Part shown: one piece after another, positions 1-9,948 of the stretch
Numbering within the stretch: position 1 is the stretch's first letter
Layout: each line of letters opens with the position of its first letter
Program-made: the position numbers and the translations under genes
DNA from: Patescibacteria group bacterium
GTDB taxonomy: Bacteria > Patescibacteriota > Minisyncoccia > Phycocordibacterales > JBBTRF01
NCBI GenBank assembly: GCA_038065315.1
Contig: JBBTRF010000001.1
Location: 161,642 to 225,641 of the forward strand
Direction: 5' to 3'
Length of the DNA: 64,000 nucleotides
The notes under the pieces: generated by a model
What the model saw: the letters and a program-made list of their open reading frames with translations, nothing else
Told to the model about the DNA's origin: nothing
The model's database searches: none

Positions 1-483
1 GTGAGCTCCTCTAATGCCTATTGGCACTACGGGAACGTGACCACGAACAGCATAGCGTGCGACGCCAGTGAAGGCAGGGAGCATGTTTTCCTTGTCCGGT
101 GACCGGGTACCTTCTGGGAAAATACCAATCATTTTTGCCTCACGAAGATGCTCAAATATGCGATTATGCAGGACTCTCTTATCGTGCACTTTTCTGTCCA
201 CTCGAATCTGGCGAGTAATCTTCATGATTGGCGACCAGAATAAATGATCGAAAAACTTTTCAGCCGAAAGAAAGTGTACGTTTCTATTTGAAACGCTCAC
301 GAAACAAAGGAAGTCGAAATAACTCTGGTGATTAAAAGCAACAATCACTGGGCCAGCTTTCGGTATATTATCAATTCCGACCACCTTTTTTATCCATATA
401 GCTTTGACAACGAATCCGACAGACTTTCGAATGCACCAATATAGGAAGTCGTGAATTTTATCGGAAACAGATCTAGAGCCCAT
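1..483 (-). CDS. Lysophospholipid/1-acyl-glycerol-3-phosphate acyltransferase (PlsC family), 3' end truncated by the window edge
   Basis: Not in the ORF track. Manual translation MGSRSVSDKIHDFLYW... contains NHQSYFD and FPEGTRS acyltransferase motifs and is open to position 1. Confidence 0.85.
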   Translation of the reverse strand, partial: MGSRSVSDKIHDFLYWCIRKSVGFVVKAIWIKKVVGIDNIPKAGPVIVAFNHQSYFDFLCFVSVSNRNVHFLSAEKFFDHLFWSPIMKITRQIRVDRKVHDKRVLHNRIFEHLREAKMIGIFPEGTRSPDKENMLPAFTGVARYAVRGHVPVVPIGIRGAH

Positions 484-638
484 TGCGAGTATAAGTATAC
501 GCCCTGGGGCGTGAGATTCCAATTATCCGCAAGGTTACCGTCGGATTGCTTCTTGGCTGAGCATGACAGTTAGGGGTGCCTGTATTTTAGCACAAACTGT
601 CTTCTAGGGTTTTCTTACGAAACCCGACAGGGGGCAAG

Positions 639-667
639 TTGACAGAAGTCGCACAGTCTTGTATATT
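639..667 (+). promoter_or_regulatory. Sigma70-type promoter of the 736-3553 operon
   Basis: TTGACA-N17-TATATT. Confidence 0.7.
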
Positions 668-735
668 TTGTCGGTCGTTTGCTGTATCTGTTGATATGCA
701 ACAGCGACTAAAAGGTTTTTAAACGTCAAAAAACA

Positions 736-2001
736 ATGTCCGACACCTCTCAGGATTCAGTTACTAGCGCGAAAAAGTACTTTAATCAGTTCTTCAAAAA
801 AGAACTTTACGGCACATTCAAGAGTGAAGTCAATTTAATTCTCAGTCGTGGTTCTTGGAATGAAAATTCCATACGATTTCCGAAGTTCTTTAAAACATGC
901 ATCGACATATCGCTAGAAAAACACTGGACGGGCTATTCTGACTCGCTTGGACATCGCTATGCAGTATCTGCCCTACGAAAGCTCCTGTCCTCGCATTGTA
1001 ATTACTCGGAAGATCAGATCGCTCTGACTCTTGGCAACAGCGTCACGATCGGAATCGTCTTTCAACAACTGTCTAGACAATTAGTTGGAGCAAAAGTACT
1101 CACACTAACTCCATACTACCCACCGATCCTGAGGTCAATTCACAATCATTTCCCGGACACTGTTTTCATTTCCTCATTAGGAGAGGAGAATGACATAATT
1201 GCGGAAATAAGAAAATCTGTTCTGGACAATCGAGTAAAGATTCTATTTCTCACGAATTTCATTGGTGTGGAAGGTAGAATCTTTTCAGAAAGATACTGGA
1301 AAGAAATTTTGCAGATTTCCAAGGAGTTCAATCTATTTTTGATCATTGACGAAGGCCTTGCTTTTACAGAAACAAATTATCCGAGGGAAATTAACCAGGA
1401 AAATGTAGTAAGAATCGTGAGTGTTTCAAAGAAATACGGGGTTCCTGGAATGAAATTCGGCTTCATCCTAGCCGATAAAGTTTTCATGGAAAATTTCTAT
1501 GAATCCGCGTCGACGAACTATGGTGGACCATCTAGTTTATTATTCCTTCTAAGTGAGTTTCTGTATCTTTTTGAATACATACTTAAATCGGGGGGCGATG
1601 CAGAAAATGAATTTAGGGAGCTTTCGAGAAAGTACTCTCTTTCTGAGGATGAGATTGCGGCATTGTTTAGTGATTATAAATCGGTGGTCGAATTGAACGA
1701 AAGACACTTTTCCGAAAACCTGCAGGCCGTTCGTGACTGGTACAGAAAAAATTCGAATTTATTCGAGCAAATTTTTGACTTTGGGGGTATCAATATACTA
1801 TTTAAACCCGATATTTCCTGCTCGTGTCACGAGCTTTTCTTGAGGGCAATTCGAGGGTACAATGTATCCGTACTTCCAGGCAAGTGCCTCGGTGATACGT
1901 CTGATACCTTATTCAGAGTCACCCTTCTAGAGCAGAAGGGTGACCAAGAAGAAGCTCTCGAGCGTTTATCAAAAATTATTAGAGAGAATACTAAAGAATG
2001 A
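736..2001 (+). CDS. PLP-dependent class I/II aminotransferase-fold enzyme
   Basis: GY..SLG, PYYP, IIDE, SVSKKYGVPGMKFG (PLP lysine motif), C-terminal FRVT. Confidence 0.8.
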   Translation: MSDTSQDSVTSAKKYFNQFFKKELYGTFKSEVNLILSRGSWNENSIRFPKFFKTCIDISLEKHWTGYSDSLGHRYAVSALRKLLSSHCNYSEDQIALTLGNSVTIGIVFQQLSRQLVGAKVLTLTPYYPPILRSIHNHFPDTVFISSLGEENDIIAEIRKSVLDNRVKILFLTNFIGVEGRIFSERYWKEILQISKEFNLFLIIDEGLAFTETNYPREINQENVVRIVSVSKKYGVPGMKFGFILADKVFMENFYESASTNYGGPSSLLFLLSEFLYLFEYILKSGGDAENEFRELSRKYSLSEDEIAALFSDYKSVVELNERHFSENLQAVRDWYRKNSNLFEQIFDFGGINILFKPDISCSCHELFLRAIRGYNVSVLPGKCLGDTSDTLFRVTLLEQKGDQEEALERLSKIIRENTKE

Positions 2002-2780
2002 AAAGGGACATCAAGGTTGTGTTCATAGATTTTGACGGAACACTTACAAACCAGGCAACAAACGAATTGACTGAAAAGCCTGACGAGCTTATTGATTCAC
2101 TGAAAAAGGCGGGTGCCGTGCCAGTTATTTCAACAGGAAAAGGGCTATATTTTATATATGACCTATTGGCCAATAAGCCCCGTTTGCTCGATGGTTATTT
2201 CATTCTTCACGACGGAGCCTTAGTATTGAATCCTTTCACTGGAGATATACTGCACTCTAATATTATGAGTGCGGAGATTGTTGGTGGTCTACTCGAAAAA
2301 CTGACAGCTATCACTCAAAATACATACCTGAATAAAGCAACCGGACTTTTCTCTGAACACAATTTACTTTCGAAAGACTCATCACTCTTTAAGTTTTGGA
2401 ATAAAACTCTGGATCATGAGGGAGTGTACCAGGTGTATGTTCGAGATATCCAGGAGTCACTGGTGACCACCATCAAGGACCTTGCAGATCACTTCGACCT
2501 AGAAATGTACTCATTCGCTAGTCGTCGTAATAGTAGAAGTTTAATGATTCACAACCGAACGAGTAATAAGGCTTGCGCGATAAAAAAAGTACTAGACAGA
2601 GGCGGATGGACCGAAAAAGAAGCGGCTGTGATTGGTGACGGAGTTAATGATCTACCTGCCTTTATGCTAGATGTATTTAAAATTGCCGCTAGTGATGCAA
2701 TTCCTGAGCTTAAGAACAAAGCGGATTTGGTGTTAGAAGTTGGTGAAAGAATTGATTCAACGATACTGAAACTCATATGA
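1998..2780 (+). CDS. HAD-superfamily (Cof-type, IIB) phosphatase
   Basis: DFDGT, STGK, NKA, GDGVND motifs; ATGA overlap with the upstream gene. Confidence 0.85.
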   Translation: MKRDIKVVFIDFDGTLTNQATNELTEKPDELIDSLKKAGAVPVISTGKGLYFIYDLLANKPRLLDGYFILHDGALVLNPFTGDILHSNIMSAEIVGGLLEKLTAITQNTYLNKATGLFSEHNLLSKDSSLFKFWNKTLDHEGVYQVYVRDIQESLVTTIKDLADHFDLEMYSFASRRNSRSLMIHNRTSNKACAIKKVLDRGGWTEKEAAVIGDGVNDLPAFMLDVFKIAASDAIPELKNKADLVLEVGERIDSTILKLI

Positions 2781-3553
2781 GATACAACCATGTTTTTCCA
2801 TCTCTAAAAATGCTACCCCTAGAACCAAAAGACGACCTTGTCTCGGTCTTGGAAAGGGACGGGGTTGTCCTGCTGAATGTCGGTGAAAGCTTTTCCAATA
2901 AAAGTTTTCTGGAACTAATGTGCAAAATCGGCACACCACTCAAAGAGTCGAACGTGGACGCTGCATATGTTGAAGACCTCTTTATTTTAAATGTCAGAAC
3001 CGACATTGATTCGAATATCTCGATGGAAAACGAGCCCTTCTCCATCGACGGGCTAAGAATGCATGTTGAAAGAGCCTTTGCTAATCAGACTGTACAACCA
3101 AACTTTATTGCCCTGCTGTGCAAGGTTTGTCCAGTGGATGAAAATGGAGGGCAGACGCTTATTTATAGAATGAGTGACTTCGTCAAGTGCTTTAGTGCGA
3201 ATGAATTGATGTTGATGAGAAAGATGTATCCAGTCTCAATGGACAGAAAAATTATTTCTGTGAATCCAATCTTGAGTTATGACCGAAGAAGAGGGTTTGA
3301 ATTTTTCTCGTACAGAGATTTAGGACAATATGGTAAGGATTGGCACGTTAAGGATGATCCCACCTTGAATGCACTGGATGTTTCCCTAGTCGCTAATAAA
3401 ATCGGTGAAGTTCTTGGAAGGCATGCCAACATCCGTGCCCTAGTATGGCGTCCTGGGTACCTATATATCTTCGATAATAAAAAAAGTTTTCATGGTAGGA
3501 CCGAACAAAAGCAGTCCCAGAAAAGACACCTCAAGAGAATTCGTGTTATTTAA
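2777..3553 (+). CDS. TauD/clavaminate-synthase-like Fe(II)/2-oxoglutarate oxygenase
   Basis: MHVE (HxE), GGQT, W.PG....FDNKKSFHGR, terminal LKRI; ATGA overlap. Confidence 0.8.
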   Translation: MRYNHVFPSLKMLPLEPKDDLVSVLERDGVVLLNVGESFSNKSFLELMCKIGTPLKESNVDAAYVEDLFILNVRTDIDSNISMENEPFSIDGLRMHVERAFANQTVQPNFIALLCKVCPVDENGGQTLIYRMSDFVKCFSANELMLMRKMYPVSMDRKIISVNPILSYDRRRGFEFFSYRDLGQYGKDWHVKDDPTLNALDVSLVANKIGEVLGRHANIRALVWRPGYLYIFDNKKSFHGRTEQKQSQKRHLKRIRVI

Positions 3554-3554
3554 A

Positions 3555-3583
3555 ATACGCGCCCAAACTACTAGGGCGCGTAT
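3555..3583. terminator. Hairpin between convergent genes
   Basis: ATACGCGCCC-N9-GGGCGCGTAT perfect 10-bp stem. Confidence 0.6.
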
Positions 3584-3597
3584 GGTTGGACGATAGA

Positions 3598-4671
3598 TTA
3601 AAATCGATTCGCTAATGAGGAAGCGAGTTGGGAAACAGTCAACGCCCTACCCTCTCTTAAGATGCGATGAGAGATTTGCTGTATGATGTTTTTCTGACGG
3701 TAGAGCATTGGCATCTCGGGGCCGAGTATTTCAATGTTTGCTCTCGGTGGCCCCGACAGTAGATGCTCAAGCTCGATGAGTCCTAGAGCCACCGAAGTTT
3801 TTTGAAGCTCTACTGATCTTAAACCCACTATTTGCGAATACTGATCAGCAAATGCGACAAGACCCTCTGTCAGCTTTTGTAGCCCGTTCCGATTAGCTGA
3901 CAGGAGTAGCCTCAACATGAACTTACCTAAGTCTACATGTGGAATACCTACGCACAGCTTCGGATCAAGAAGACAAACCGACTGGCCGTCGCGGATAATG
4001 TTACCGTCCTTACAGTCACCGTGCAGGAGATTCCTCATAGTCAAATGTGCTGAGACAAGCTCGACTATATTCGAATGAAGCCCTCTCGCAATCATTGGTT
4101 GCTGGAAATTCAAGTCCTCAATAATGAGTGAGTCTGAGGTCGCGCTTATCTGTCTAGGCTTGAGATTGTCCGGTGCCTCAGTTTGATGGAGGCGAGCAAT
4201 ACATTTTGCCAATCCTTCAGCGAACGACTTGTCAAAAGCACCTGGATCAATGCACTTCCCCGGGATTTTTTCGAGTATGACAACATTTGGTCCAACAAAC
4301 TCTAGAATTCTTGGGACCCGAAACGCTCTATCCCAAAGAAATCTGAGCGACCGAACCTCTATGACGATGTCGTTGCTGCATGGCATGTTGCCACCGTCAA
4401 GTGTCTTAGAAAAAACGCTCGGTCCAGCTGCTAAAAACTTTTCGTAGGCGAATAGCATGCTTCTTCCAAAAAGCCCTGCCTTCAAAATTGCCTCTCTGCC
4501 ATTAAAAGAGCATGTGAAGACGTAATTTACGTGACTAGAATCCACCATTCGCAGGTTGCGGACAAAAACCCCGTTCCTTTTGAGCAAGCCGACGAAGTAT
4601 TTGCTCACAATTGAGACAAACTGTCGTTGTGTTTTATTCACGGTTAGTCCTTTCGTAGGTTGTATTTTCAA
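3598..4671 (-). CDS. Aminoglycoside phosphotransferase/choline-kinase-like small-molecule kinase
   Basis: ILK, VPRIL, LEKIPG, LARLH-type segment, LLHGDCKDGNI (Brenner motif), LLDP; TTG start uncertain. Confidence 0.75.
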   Translation of the reverse strand: MKIQPTKGLTVNKTQRQFVSIVSKYFVGLLKRNGVFVRNLRMVDSSHVNYVFTCSFNGREAILKAGLFGRSMLFAYEKFLAAGPSVFSKTLDGGNMPCSNDIVIEVRSLRFLWDRAFRVPRILEFVGPNVVILEKIPGKCIDPGAFDKSFAEGLAKCIARLHQTEAPDNLKPRQISATSDSLIIEDLNFQQPMIARGLHSNIVELVSAHLTMRNLLHGDCKDGNIIRDGQSVCLLDPKLCVGIPHVDLGKFMLRLLLSANRNGLQKLTEGLVAFADQYSQIVGLRSVELQKTSVALGLIELEHLLSGPPRANIEILGPEMPMLYRQKNIIQQISHRILREGRALTVSQLASSLANRF

Positions 4672-4681
4672 AACTGAGAAA

Positions 4682-4710
4682 ATAATACATACCTATAATA
4701 AAAATGTCAA
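4682..4710 (-). promoter_or_regulatory. Sigma70-type promoter of the kinase gene
   Basis: TTGACA-N17-TATTAT on the minus strand. Confidence 0.6.
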
Positions 4711-4800
4711 GGGCCCATGATGGTTGAATAGCTTGTATCTACTCAAGGGTATTGACCAGATTGTGCAGCTCGGTCTTGTCGGCCTAGGTAATAGTGCAAA

Positions 4801-5544
4801 TTACAGCATCTCCCCCACCCTCCCCATCACCTTGTTCGCTCCTGCGTGGAAGTCGTCGACAGTGGGACCAACGGAGCCTTTGCCGAGCTGTGGTGCCTGA
4901 GTCGGGCTGACGGGGCTTACGACTTCCTTTGGGAGCATTGGCGTGCCGTAGCGGATCACGACAGTGCGACGACGTAGAAAAAAGTCAGCGGCAGTGAGAT
5001 TGACCAAGCCTTTCATCGCCACTGGTACGACTGGCGCTTGAGCGGCGTGGGACAAGAAGGCGACGCCACCGCGTGCTGGGCCAATCTTGCCATTGGCAGT
5101 GCGGATGCCCTCAGGGAAAATACAGACGCAACGGCCACGCTGGGCCAGTGCGATGAAGTTTTGTAGCGAATACGCGTAATCGTGATGACCTGAATACACT
5201 GGATACGCTCCTGCAAGGTTGAACAAAATGCCGCCGTACAAATACCGCCGCCAGCCGGAGGCATCATAGAAATCCTTCTTTTGTGACACGTAGTACATCG
5301 GTGAGAACCGCCAAAAGAATGGCAGACCGACGCGTACCAGGGGCCCATCCCACTCGCTAGAATGGTTGGGTGCGAAGATCAATGCGACCGTCTTGCCTGC
5401 CGCCTTTTGGGCCTTCTGGAAGGCCAGGAGCTGCTCGACGCCTTCGTATCGAATGCGGCAAAACAACTTGAATACGACAAGGGCGAATACGTAGATGATG
5501 GCCTGCAAAAGGACAGGGATGACGGAAAAGAAGCGTTTTCTCAT
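4801..5544 (-). CDS. plsC: 1-acyl-sn-glycerol-3-phosphate acyltransferase (PlsC family)
   Basis: N-terminal TM, NHSSEWD, FPEGIRT, PVVPV motifs. Confidence 0.8.
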   Translation of the reverse strand: MRKRFFSVIPVLLQAIIYVFALVVFKLFCRIRYEGVEQLLAFQKAQKAAGKTVALIFAPNHSSEWDGPLVRVGLPFFWRFSPMYYVSQKKDFYDASGWRRYLYGGILFNLAGAYPVYSGHHDYAYSLQNFIALAQRGRCVCIFPEGIRTANGKIGPARGGVAFLSHAAQAPVVPVAMKGLVNLTAADFFLRRRTVVIRYGTPMLPKEVVSPVSPTQAPQLGKGSVGPTVDDFHAGANKVMGRVGEML

Positions 5545-5603
5545 ACAGCACTGAATATTATATCATGTCTCAATCGAGCGCCGGCACTCGAGTAATAGCT
5601 TTT

Positions 5604-8600
5604 CTAGAACTCGTTGAGGTCCGGATTGGTACGAACGGTCACGGTGATTTCAGATACCGATTTTGGAGAACCTGTGAGTACGTTGACTCCCTTGGTGAAG
5701 ATCTTGAGGGTGTACTTGTAGACGCCCTCGGTGTTGAGCGGACCGCGGATCAAAATAGTCGGTGGAACAATAGAGCTGTAGGTCTGCTGTGAGAGTGCGT
5801 TTCCGGAAACACCAGAGCCTGCTGGACCGCTCTGAGTGATGAAGTAGACATCGTCTGTGTTGCCACCGGAGATACCGTAACGCATCGCCACCGCTCGGCC
5901 TTTCTGTGTTGTGACGGAAGATTTATAGGCACTCGCATCCGAAGGCGCGGCCGAATTATTTGTCGCGATTGGTGCCGCGCCGAAATTCACATTTGAATCG
6001 GTGTTTTCCTGAGGCACGGCTGGACAGCTGATGAGTTGCGAGCTGTTCACTGCCAACGAAGCATCGGAAACTGAGACAGTGACGAACTGGCCAGGCTGTG
6101 CTGCTTGTGTCGGAGGGGTACCTGTCCAGGTATATGAATTGGTCGTCTGGGAGATAGGAGAATGGAGCTCGGAGTCGGTACCTGTAGATCGAATCCAATT
6201 AAACTTGTATGGTTGGTTGCCCTTAAACGTACCATCCAGAGTCGCTGTCCATGTCCAGTCGCTACCGGCACGTGTCGGTGCCGCGCAAGTCAGACCAAGA
6301 ATACTCGAGGTTTCGCAGACGCCAATACACGAGGCGCCACCGCCGATGACTATATTATTGGCACCACCGCTGCCGCCGATTGGCAAAATCGTGACCGTAG
6401 CACTTGCCGATGCGGTGCGCGATCCCGAAGTGACGGTGAGTGTGCCGGTCTTTGTTCCTGCCGTAGGATAACTAGTGCTGGTGTTGGTATCGGAGCCCGA
6501 GATACTGCCATCACCAGACCACGCATAGGTACATGGGGTGTATCTCGCATCGCTACAACCATCCACGACAGATGCCCATGAGATTGCTTCGTTAACATAT
6601 GCAGTTGCCGGGCTAGCTGTGACTGCAACAGCTAGGTCAGGTGGCAGTGGATCAGGTTCTGGAGCAACACTGATCTCTGGACAGATAACAACAAGTGTTC
6701 GGCCGCCGGAAGAAACCGACACGTCTCCGTATTTAATACCGGGAGTCGTATACTTGTTCGATGCTGTGGAAGCATTCCCCTTCGGACCTTCAACATCAGA
6801 ACCAGACCATGTGTAGGTATATGCTCCGTTACCTCCGGCGACATTGGTTGTACGCCAAGTAGCGATTGCGCCAACCATCGGCGAGGTCGGCGCGACGCAG
6901 GTCGCTACGATATTTGGCTGCGGTGTCGGATCTGAAGGAACGAGAATACCGAAGTGGATCCAGCCGAGTACTGTGGAACCCCAAGCGTAGCCAGTATAAT
7001 GACGACTACCGTCGAGCTCTGTAATGATCTGCGCTCCATATGGACCAGCCGCCGTAATGCCGCCCAGACTGATCCAGCCGCTAAAACCACCCTTTGGATC
7101 CGGGTTCGATGCAGTATAGGTCGCTCCGCCGGTGTCGGAGCAGGTACTTGGATTCTGTGCGCCAGAACAGACACGCGCCCAACCGGTCATGCGGCCACTG
7201 AGAGGGTCCACTTTCGCATTGGTCTGTGTGGTACCTGGCGCGACAGTCGAATTCGGCATTGACGCTGTGTTCAGCCCACCAAATTTGATCCAACCAACAT
7301 TCGATGCCCAGACATAGCCGGTGAGGTTCCCATAAATGTCGCGATTCACTCCGTAATCACCACTTGGTGCGGCTTCATTAGTGCTACTGAAGCTCAACCA
7401 GCCGATCGTCGAAGACCACGCCCAGCCAGAGAGTGAAGTCGGGTTAGCGAAGGTCGGAGTATTGGCATCAACGTTCGGATTTGGTGGTGTATTTGGGTTT
7501 GGGGTAGGATTTGGCGGCGGAATAACTGGGGCTGGCGGATTGACCGTGAGCAACACCTGGATCGCACCAAGTGCTCTGCCGTTGTCATACAGAGCAAAGG
7601 CGAGCGGTGTTCCAACACCGGTCACGGTCGGTGCTGAGGGTGTAGCGGTAATGACAAGAGAAACATTGCAGGTCGGATTCGGAGTACAGGATGTTGGAGA
7701 GAATGAGTAACTAATGCCAACCGGTAGCTGCATCCCGGGCGCAGCGGTGAAGGTCACCGGCACGCTCGGCGCACCCGAGTTGTTGGTGATAAAGATCTGA
7801 GTATTGACACTCTCCCCCTTCACCACGGAGACATTATAGGAGTCGGTTTTGGAGACATTGAATGTCGACGGCATCGAAACGGTAAACGTAACCGTTAGAT
7901 CGGAGAGATTGACGTTTCCGTTCGTGTCGCGACAGCGAATTGAGTACGAACGACTCGTGCCATCGACAAGGCCCGTGATGGTAGCAGAATGGGTCATTCC
8001 TGTGTCCCACGCTGTGAAGTTATTGTTCATCGCCGAATAAGTAGTGTCGACTCCTGCGGCATATCTACAAGTCGCCACATCATTGGTTGTAATGGAAAGA
8101 TTCGCATTGATGGTACCCGCAGGGAGCAATACAGGGGTCACGTTCGGAGTGACTAGGGTGCGAATTGGGGCACCGGAACATTTGTTTTGATGAGTAGTGG
8201 TTGCTGATAAAAATACATCCGCTGTATTCAAAAGGCAATCTACACTTTTCCCCAAAGTATCCATGTTTCCAGTGACAGATACCCCGGAATTTTTATATTC
8301 AGCACCAGAAGTCAAAATCACCTTTCGCATAGAAAAATAACGATAACTTTCTTGTAGTAGATTTGTTGATTGATTGAAACGACTATCAAAAATATTGTCA
8401 GAAATTTCTAGCCCCTCAACCTCTGTAATCAATAGTGCAGAATTTTGAAATTCCCCTATCGGACTTGAGATAAACCTAATATCATTATTGGCGACACGAA
8501 AATTCTTCAATTCTCGTGCATACGTACTTGGCGGGTAATACAAAGAATCGCTCGGATTAAACAGGTTACGGATAATTCGAATACCTGCTCGTGCACCTTC

Positions 8601-9899
8601 ATTCACAGGAACGAGAGTTATCTCATTATTGTGAATGTTATAGCCAATCTTTTTGAAATTTGGCAATCGATCTACAAAAATATCTATACCACGAGACACA
8701 CCTAAAAAGTGATTATTGTATATTTCGAGATTATAATCCTGCCACCAGTCAGAGTAATATCCCGCAGCAATATTTTCGCCAATATTATTAAACACTTTTC
8801 CACCATATGTGTGGTGTACCGAATATCCTTGGAAAGCGCTATCTTCGCCATTTACGCCAGTAAAGCGAATAGTGTTGTTCGCAATAACCGAGCGATTCAT
8901 AAAGACGTCCTTGCGCGACGTGTGCGCAGGATCATCGTTCGTACCATTAGAATTCCAAGAGCCGGTAATGTTAAAAACAGTTGACAGACCTTGCCTATTC
9001 CTCAATGAGGAATGTAGGTTGCTCTCCTCATAAACAGAGTTGACAATTCGAGAACAGTGAACGTCGGTCGTATCTCCAGTACAGGAGGCATTGTATCTCA
9101 CATTTGGATCAGCGACGCCATGTTCAGAAAGGAGCAGCAAGATTCCAAAAGATTCTGTCCCGCCGGTTCCATAATAATTGCCAATATTTTTTAATCTAAT
9201 ACCATCTGCAAAATTTCCTTCTCCGAACAACTGAACACCGTGTATCCTCGTCCTGTTTTCAGGCACAGCTTTATTGAACGGAGCCGAGTTAAACTTCTCA
9301 ACCAGAGTCGAGTAATTGGCATCGATGGTCAGATTCTTGATACCCTCCGCACTTGGAACCGCCCTCACGCCACCAACCCATTTGTATCCATCACCCACAA
9401 TCACCGAAATATCTGCCAATCTCATTTTGCTGCTTGCAGTAAATCTCGCGTCATCGAGCTTGATAATCGTCCCGTCCCGAGATTCTCCCACGATAGATGC
9501 GTTGCTTGGCAAAGTCCACTGAGGGAGGCAGCCGTTCGAAGTGCCACAGGTGTTGTTGGTAGAAAAACCAGCCGTAAGGTACGTGCCATTTTTCAAATGT
9601 ATTACCAATTTTGTATCTGACGGCTTGTCCTTAAGGGCATAATTTGCACTATTCACGCCCAATATGTTGGACATGACATAATCAATGCTTCCCATCGGCG
9701 CGCCGTATGGATTACCAACACTACCATCTCCACCAAAGACGGAAGGATCGGTAAAGGCGGCGCCCGCTACTTTTACATACACATCAACAAGAGTAGTGTT
9801 TGCAGGCGTTGGACTTTGCGCAAATAGAGACGACCCGAAAAAAATTACGCCAATAAAAAGAAAAATCCCACCAACGCCACAGAGTTTCCATAGTCGCAT
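5604..9899 (-). CDS. Large secreted/surface protein: signal peptide, pectin-lyase-like beta-helix region, Ig/PKD-like domains, Pro-Asn linker, GWAW/GYAW..GW repeats
   Basis: Start moved to ATG 9899 (MRLWKL + hydrophobic signal; TATAAT 7 nt upstream). 'I.GE...GT.I' and repeated 'I.NN.F/I' beta-helix pattern; YTYTWSG/YTTPG.K PKD motifs. Confidence 0.75.
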   Translation of the reverse strand: MRLWKLCGVGGIFLFIGVIFFGSSLFAQSPTPANTTLVDVYVKVAGAAFTDPSVFGGDGSVGNPYGAPMGSIDYVMSNILGVNSANYALKDKPSDTKLVIHLKNGTYLTAGFSTNNTCGTSNGCLPQWTLPSNASIVGESRDGTIIKLDDARFTASSKMRLADISVIVGDGYKWVGGVRAVPSAEGIKNLTIDANYSTLVEKFNSAPFNKAVPENRTRIHGVQLFGEGNFADGIRLKNIGNYYGTGGTESFGILLLLSEHGVADPNVRYNASCTGDTTDVHCSRIVNSVYEESNLHSSLRNRQGLSTVFNITGSWNSNGTNDDPAHTSRKDVFMNRSVIANNTIRFTGVNGEDSAFQGYSVHHTYGGKVFNNIGENIAAGYYSDWWQDYNLEIYNNHFLGVSRGIDIFVDRLPNFKKIGYNIHNNEITLVPVNEGARAGIRIIRNLFNPSDSLYYPPSTYARELKNFRVANNDIRFISSPIGEFQNSALLITEVEGLEISDNIFDSRFNQSTNLLQESYRYFSMRKVILTSGAEYKNSGVSVTGNMDTLGKSVDCLLNTADVFLSATTTHQNKCSGAPIRTLVTPNVTPVLLPAGTINANLSITTNDVATCRYAAGVDTTYSAMNNNFTAWDTGMTHSATITGLVDGTSRSYSIRCRDTNGNVNLSDLTVTFTVSMPSTFNVSKTDSYNVSVVKGESVNTQIFITNNSGAPSVPVTFTAAPGMQLPVGISYSFSPTSCTPNPTCNVSLVITATPSAPTVTGVGTPLAFALYDNGRALGAIQVLLTVNPPAPVIPPPNPTPNPNTPPNPNVDANTPTFANPTSLSGWAWSSTIGWLSFSSTNEAAPSGDYGVNRDIYGNLTGYVWASNVGWIKFGGLNTASMPNSTVAPGTTQTNAKVDPLSGRMTGWARVCSGAQNPSTCSDTGGATYTASNPDPKGGFSGWISLGGITAAGPYGAQIITELDGSRHYTGYAWGSTVLGWIHFGILVPSDPTPQPNIVATCVAPTSPMVGAIATWRTTNVAGGNGAYTYTWSGSDVEGPKGNASTASNKYTTPGIKYGDVSVSSGGRTLVVICPEISVAPEPDPLPPDLAVAVTASPATAYVNEAISWASVVDGCSDARYTPCTYAWSGDGSISGSDTNTSTSYPTAGTKTGTLTVTSGSRTASASATVTILPIGGSGGANNIVIGGGASCIGVCETSSILGLTCAAPTRAGSDWTWTATLDGTFKGNQPYKFNWIRSTGTDSELHSPISQTTNSYTWTGTPPTQAAQPGQFVTVSVSDASLAVNSSQLISCPAVPQENTDSNVNFGAAPIATNNSAAPSDASAYKSSVTTQKGRAVAMRYGISGGNTDDVYFITQSGPAGSGVSGNALSQQTYSSIVPPTILIRGPLNTEGVYKYTLKIFTKGVNVLTGSPKSVSEITVTVRTNPDLNEF

Positions 9900-9948
9900 A
9901 CAGTGAATTATACAGCACAGCAACGGCCGAGACTGTGGATAGTGTGCT

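Noticed and set aside
4711-4800. Possible gene remnant at the island boundary (…ADKTELHNLVNTLE*)
   Set aside because: Too short and interrupted to support without a homology search.
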